From a virus, in the IMG/VR virus record IMGVR_UViG_3300045988_136451: DNA of 64,000 nucleotides, one strand, 5' to 3'. Made by a program: the position numbers and the translations under genes. The notes below the pieces were generated by a model. That model ran no database searches, had not been told where the DNA came from, and saw nothing but the letters and a program-made list of their open reading frames with translations. Positions 62,995 to 64,000 of this stretch are shown piece by piece. Each line of letters opens with the position of its first letter. Within the stretch, counting starts at the first letter, position 1.

Positions 62995-63308
62995 GCGGCA
63001 GCCTCGCTCCCGGCGCGTAGCGGCAACGGCAGCGGTTGCGGTCGTACACGTCGCGCCCCGCCTGCTCCATGGACGCTCCGTAGCGCTCCAAGAGCCTCTT
63101 GCCCTGCTCCACGGCGTGGTCGATGTCCATGAACTCCTCGACGAGCCGCACGTGGTCTGCGTGGTCGCCGGTCTTGGCGAACTCCTCGAACGCCTCGCGC
63201 GCCTCGGCCAGCTCCTCGGCGACCTTGCGCAGCTGCGTGTCGATGTCGGCGTACTCGCAGCCCGTGAAAAGCCCCGGCATCTCCGGGTAGTTGTAGCGGT
63301 GGCGCATG
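62990..63308 (-). CDS. Possible MazG-like NTP pyrophosphohydrolase (about 106 aa from MRHRYNYPE)
   Basis: All-alpha sequence with EELAEAREAFEE ... EEFMDIDH acidic motifs reminiscent of small phage MazG proteins. Confidence 0.3.
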
Positions 63309-63388
63309 CCAGATTCCTCCTTACTCGGAACGTGAAAAGGGCACCCTCTCGGGTGCCCTTCGATGTTACATCCCATAGGCGCTCGGCG

Positions 63389-63967
63389 CTAGATGGCGAC
63401 GTAGCCCTTTTCGTCGATCATGGCGTAGAACTCCTGCACCGGGAGCCACTTGGCGGCACCCTCGTTGAACATGGAGGCAGCGCTGGCGGTGTCTGCGTAC
63501 TGCACCATGCCCTCGCCCTTCGCCATGACCTCTATCACGTTGCCGTCGTCGCCTTGGTACTGGCTCCCCTCGACGGCAACGTCGGCGTACACGTCGTGGC
63601 GGGCGCTCCTGATGATGTCGCCGCGCTCGATCTGCCCGACGAGGGCGGCTGCGGTCGCGGTGAACAGCGCGCCGCTGTCGAGCTGCACGCCGCTCACGGA
63701 GTTGCCGGAGACGGACGCTATGCGCATCTTGGAACCGGTGTGGGCCGACGCGTACACGTCGCCCTCGGCGATGCCTATGTAGCGGTCGTACCACGTCTGG
63801 CAGTGGTCTAGCGCCTCCGCGTACCCCTGCGCCGAACCGCTCGACACCTCGATGCCCTCCAACGTCACGCACCACGACACCCCGTCAGGCCCGAACGAGA
63901 TGTGCGATTCTATGCCGGGGCTGAACTCCATCGTGTCGGTCACCGGCTCGACGGCCATCGTGCCCAT
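63389..63967 (-). CDS. Hypothetical protein, 192 aa
   Basis: ORF. Confidence 0.3.
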   Translation of the reverse strand: MGTMAVEPVTDTMEFSPGIESHISFGPDGVSWCVTLEGIEVSSGSAQGYAEALDHCQTWYDRYIGIAEGDVYASAHTGSKMRIASVSGNSVSGVQLDSGALFTATAAALVGQIERGDIIRSARHDVYADVAVEGSQYQGDDGNVIEVMAKGEGMVQYADTASAASMFNEGAAKWLPVQEFYAMIDEKGYVAI

Positions 63968-64000
63968 CGAATGGTCTACCGAGAAGGACGTTCCGCACTC

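Noticed and set aside
1608-64000. Numerous other plus-strand ORFs overlapping the minus-strand genes (for example 2208..3545, 3599..4864, 6210..8000, 10453..11745, 34761..36284, 40417..42237, 46999..48576, 51882..54191)
   Set aside because: They fully overlap well-supported minus-strand genes, have Arg/Ala/Gly/Val/His-rich low-complexity translations, lack RBSs, and show no family motifs. These are high-GC antisense shadows.
1-64000. CRISPR arrays, tRNA/tmRNA genes, rRNA, integrase/attachment sites, transposases
   Set aside because: No regularly spaced direct repeats and no cloverleaf-like or rRNA-like segments were seen. No tyrosine/serine recombinase or transposase motifs occur in any ORF in this window. 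The only tandem repeats are the short iteron-like and pentanucleotide repeats reported above.

Overview
High-GC (about 65-70%) window that reads as a nearly complete late/structural region of a contractile-tailed phage or prophage, probably of a high-GC Gram-positive host. Almost every real gene is on the minus strand. Order along the direction of transcription (high to low coordinates): early/replication-like genes (63.9-58.5 kb: MazG-like, initiator-like winged-helix protein with internal iteron-like repeats, Lsr2-like protein), putative small terminase, large terminase with intein, a reverse-oriented DUF192 moron, pectate-lyase-like and FN3-rich proteins, portal with intein, SWIM zinc-finger protein, two membrane proteins, a head morphogenesis protein with intein, an ArdA-like anti-restriction fusion protein, a giant acidic protein, scaffold, decoration-like protein, major capsid protein, neck proteins (one with a fourth intein), tail sheath, tail tube, chaperone pair with a -1 frameshift site, tape measure, three paralogous tail-associated peptidoglycan hydrolases, a tandem array of tail-collar-domain paralogs (one with a (GGCGC)3 repeat-associated frameshift), C39-like peptidase, baseplate gp25-like and baseplate-J-like proteins, large fibre-like proteins, a low-GC free-standing HNH homing endonuclease, and a 3'-truncated SNF2-type helicase at the window edge. 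Most plus-strand ORFs in the supplied track are antisense shadows typical of high-GC DNA. No rRNA, tRNA or CRISPR array was recognised. All family assignments come from motif recognition by eye and need a profile search to confirm.
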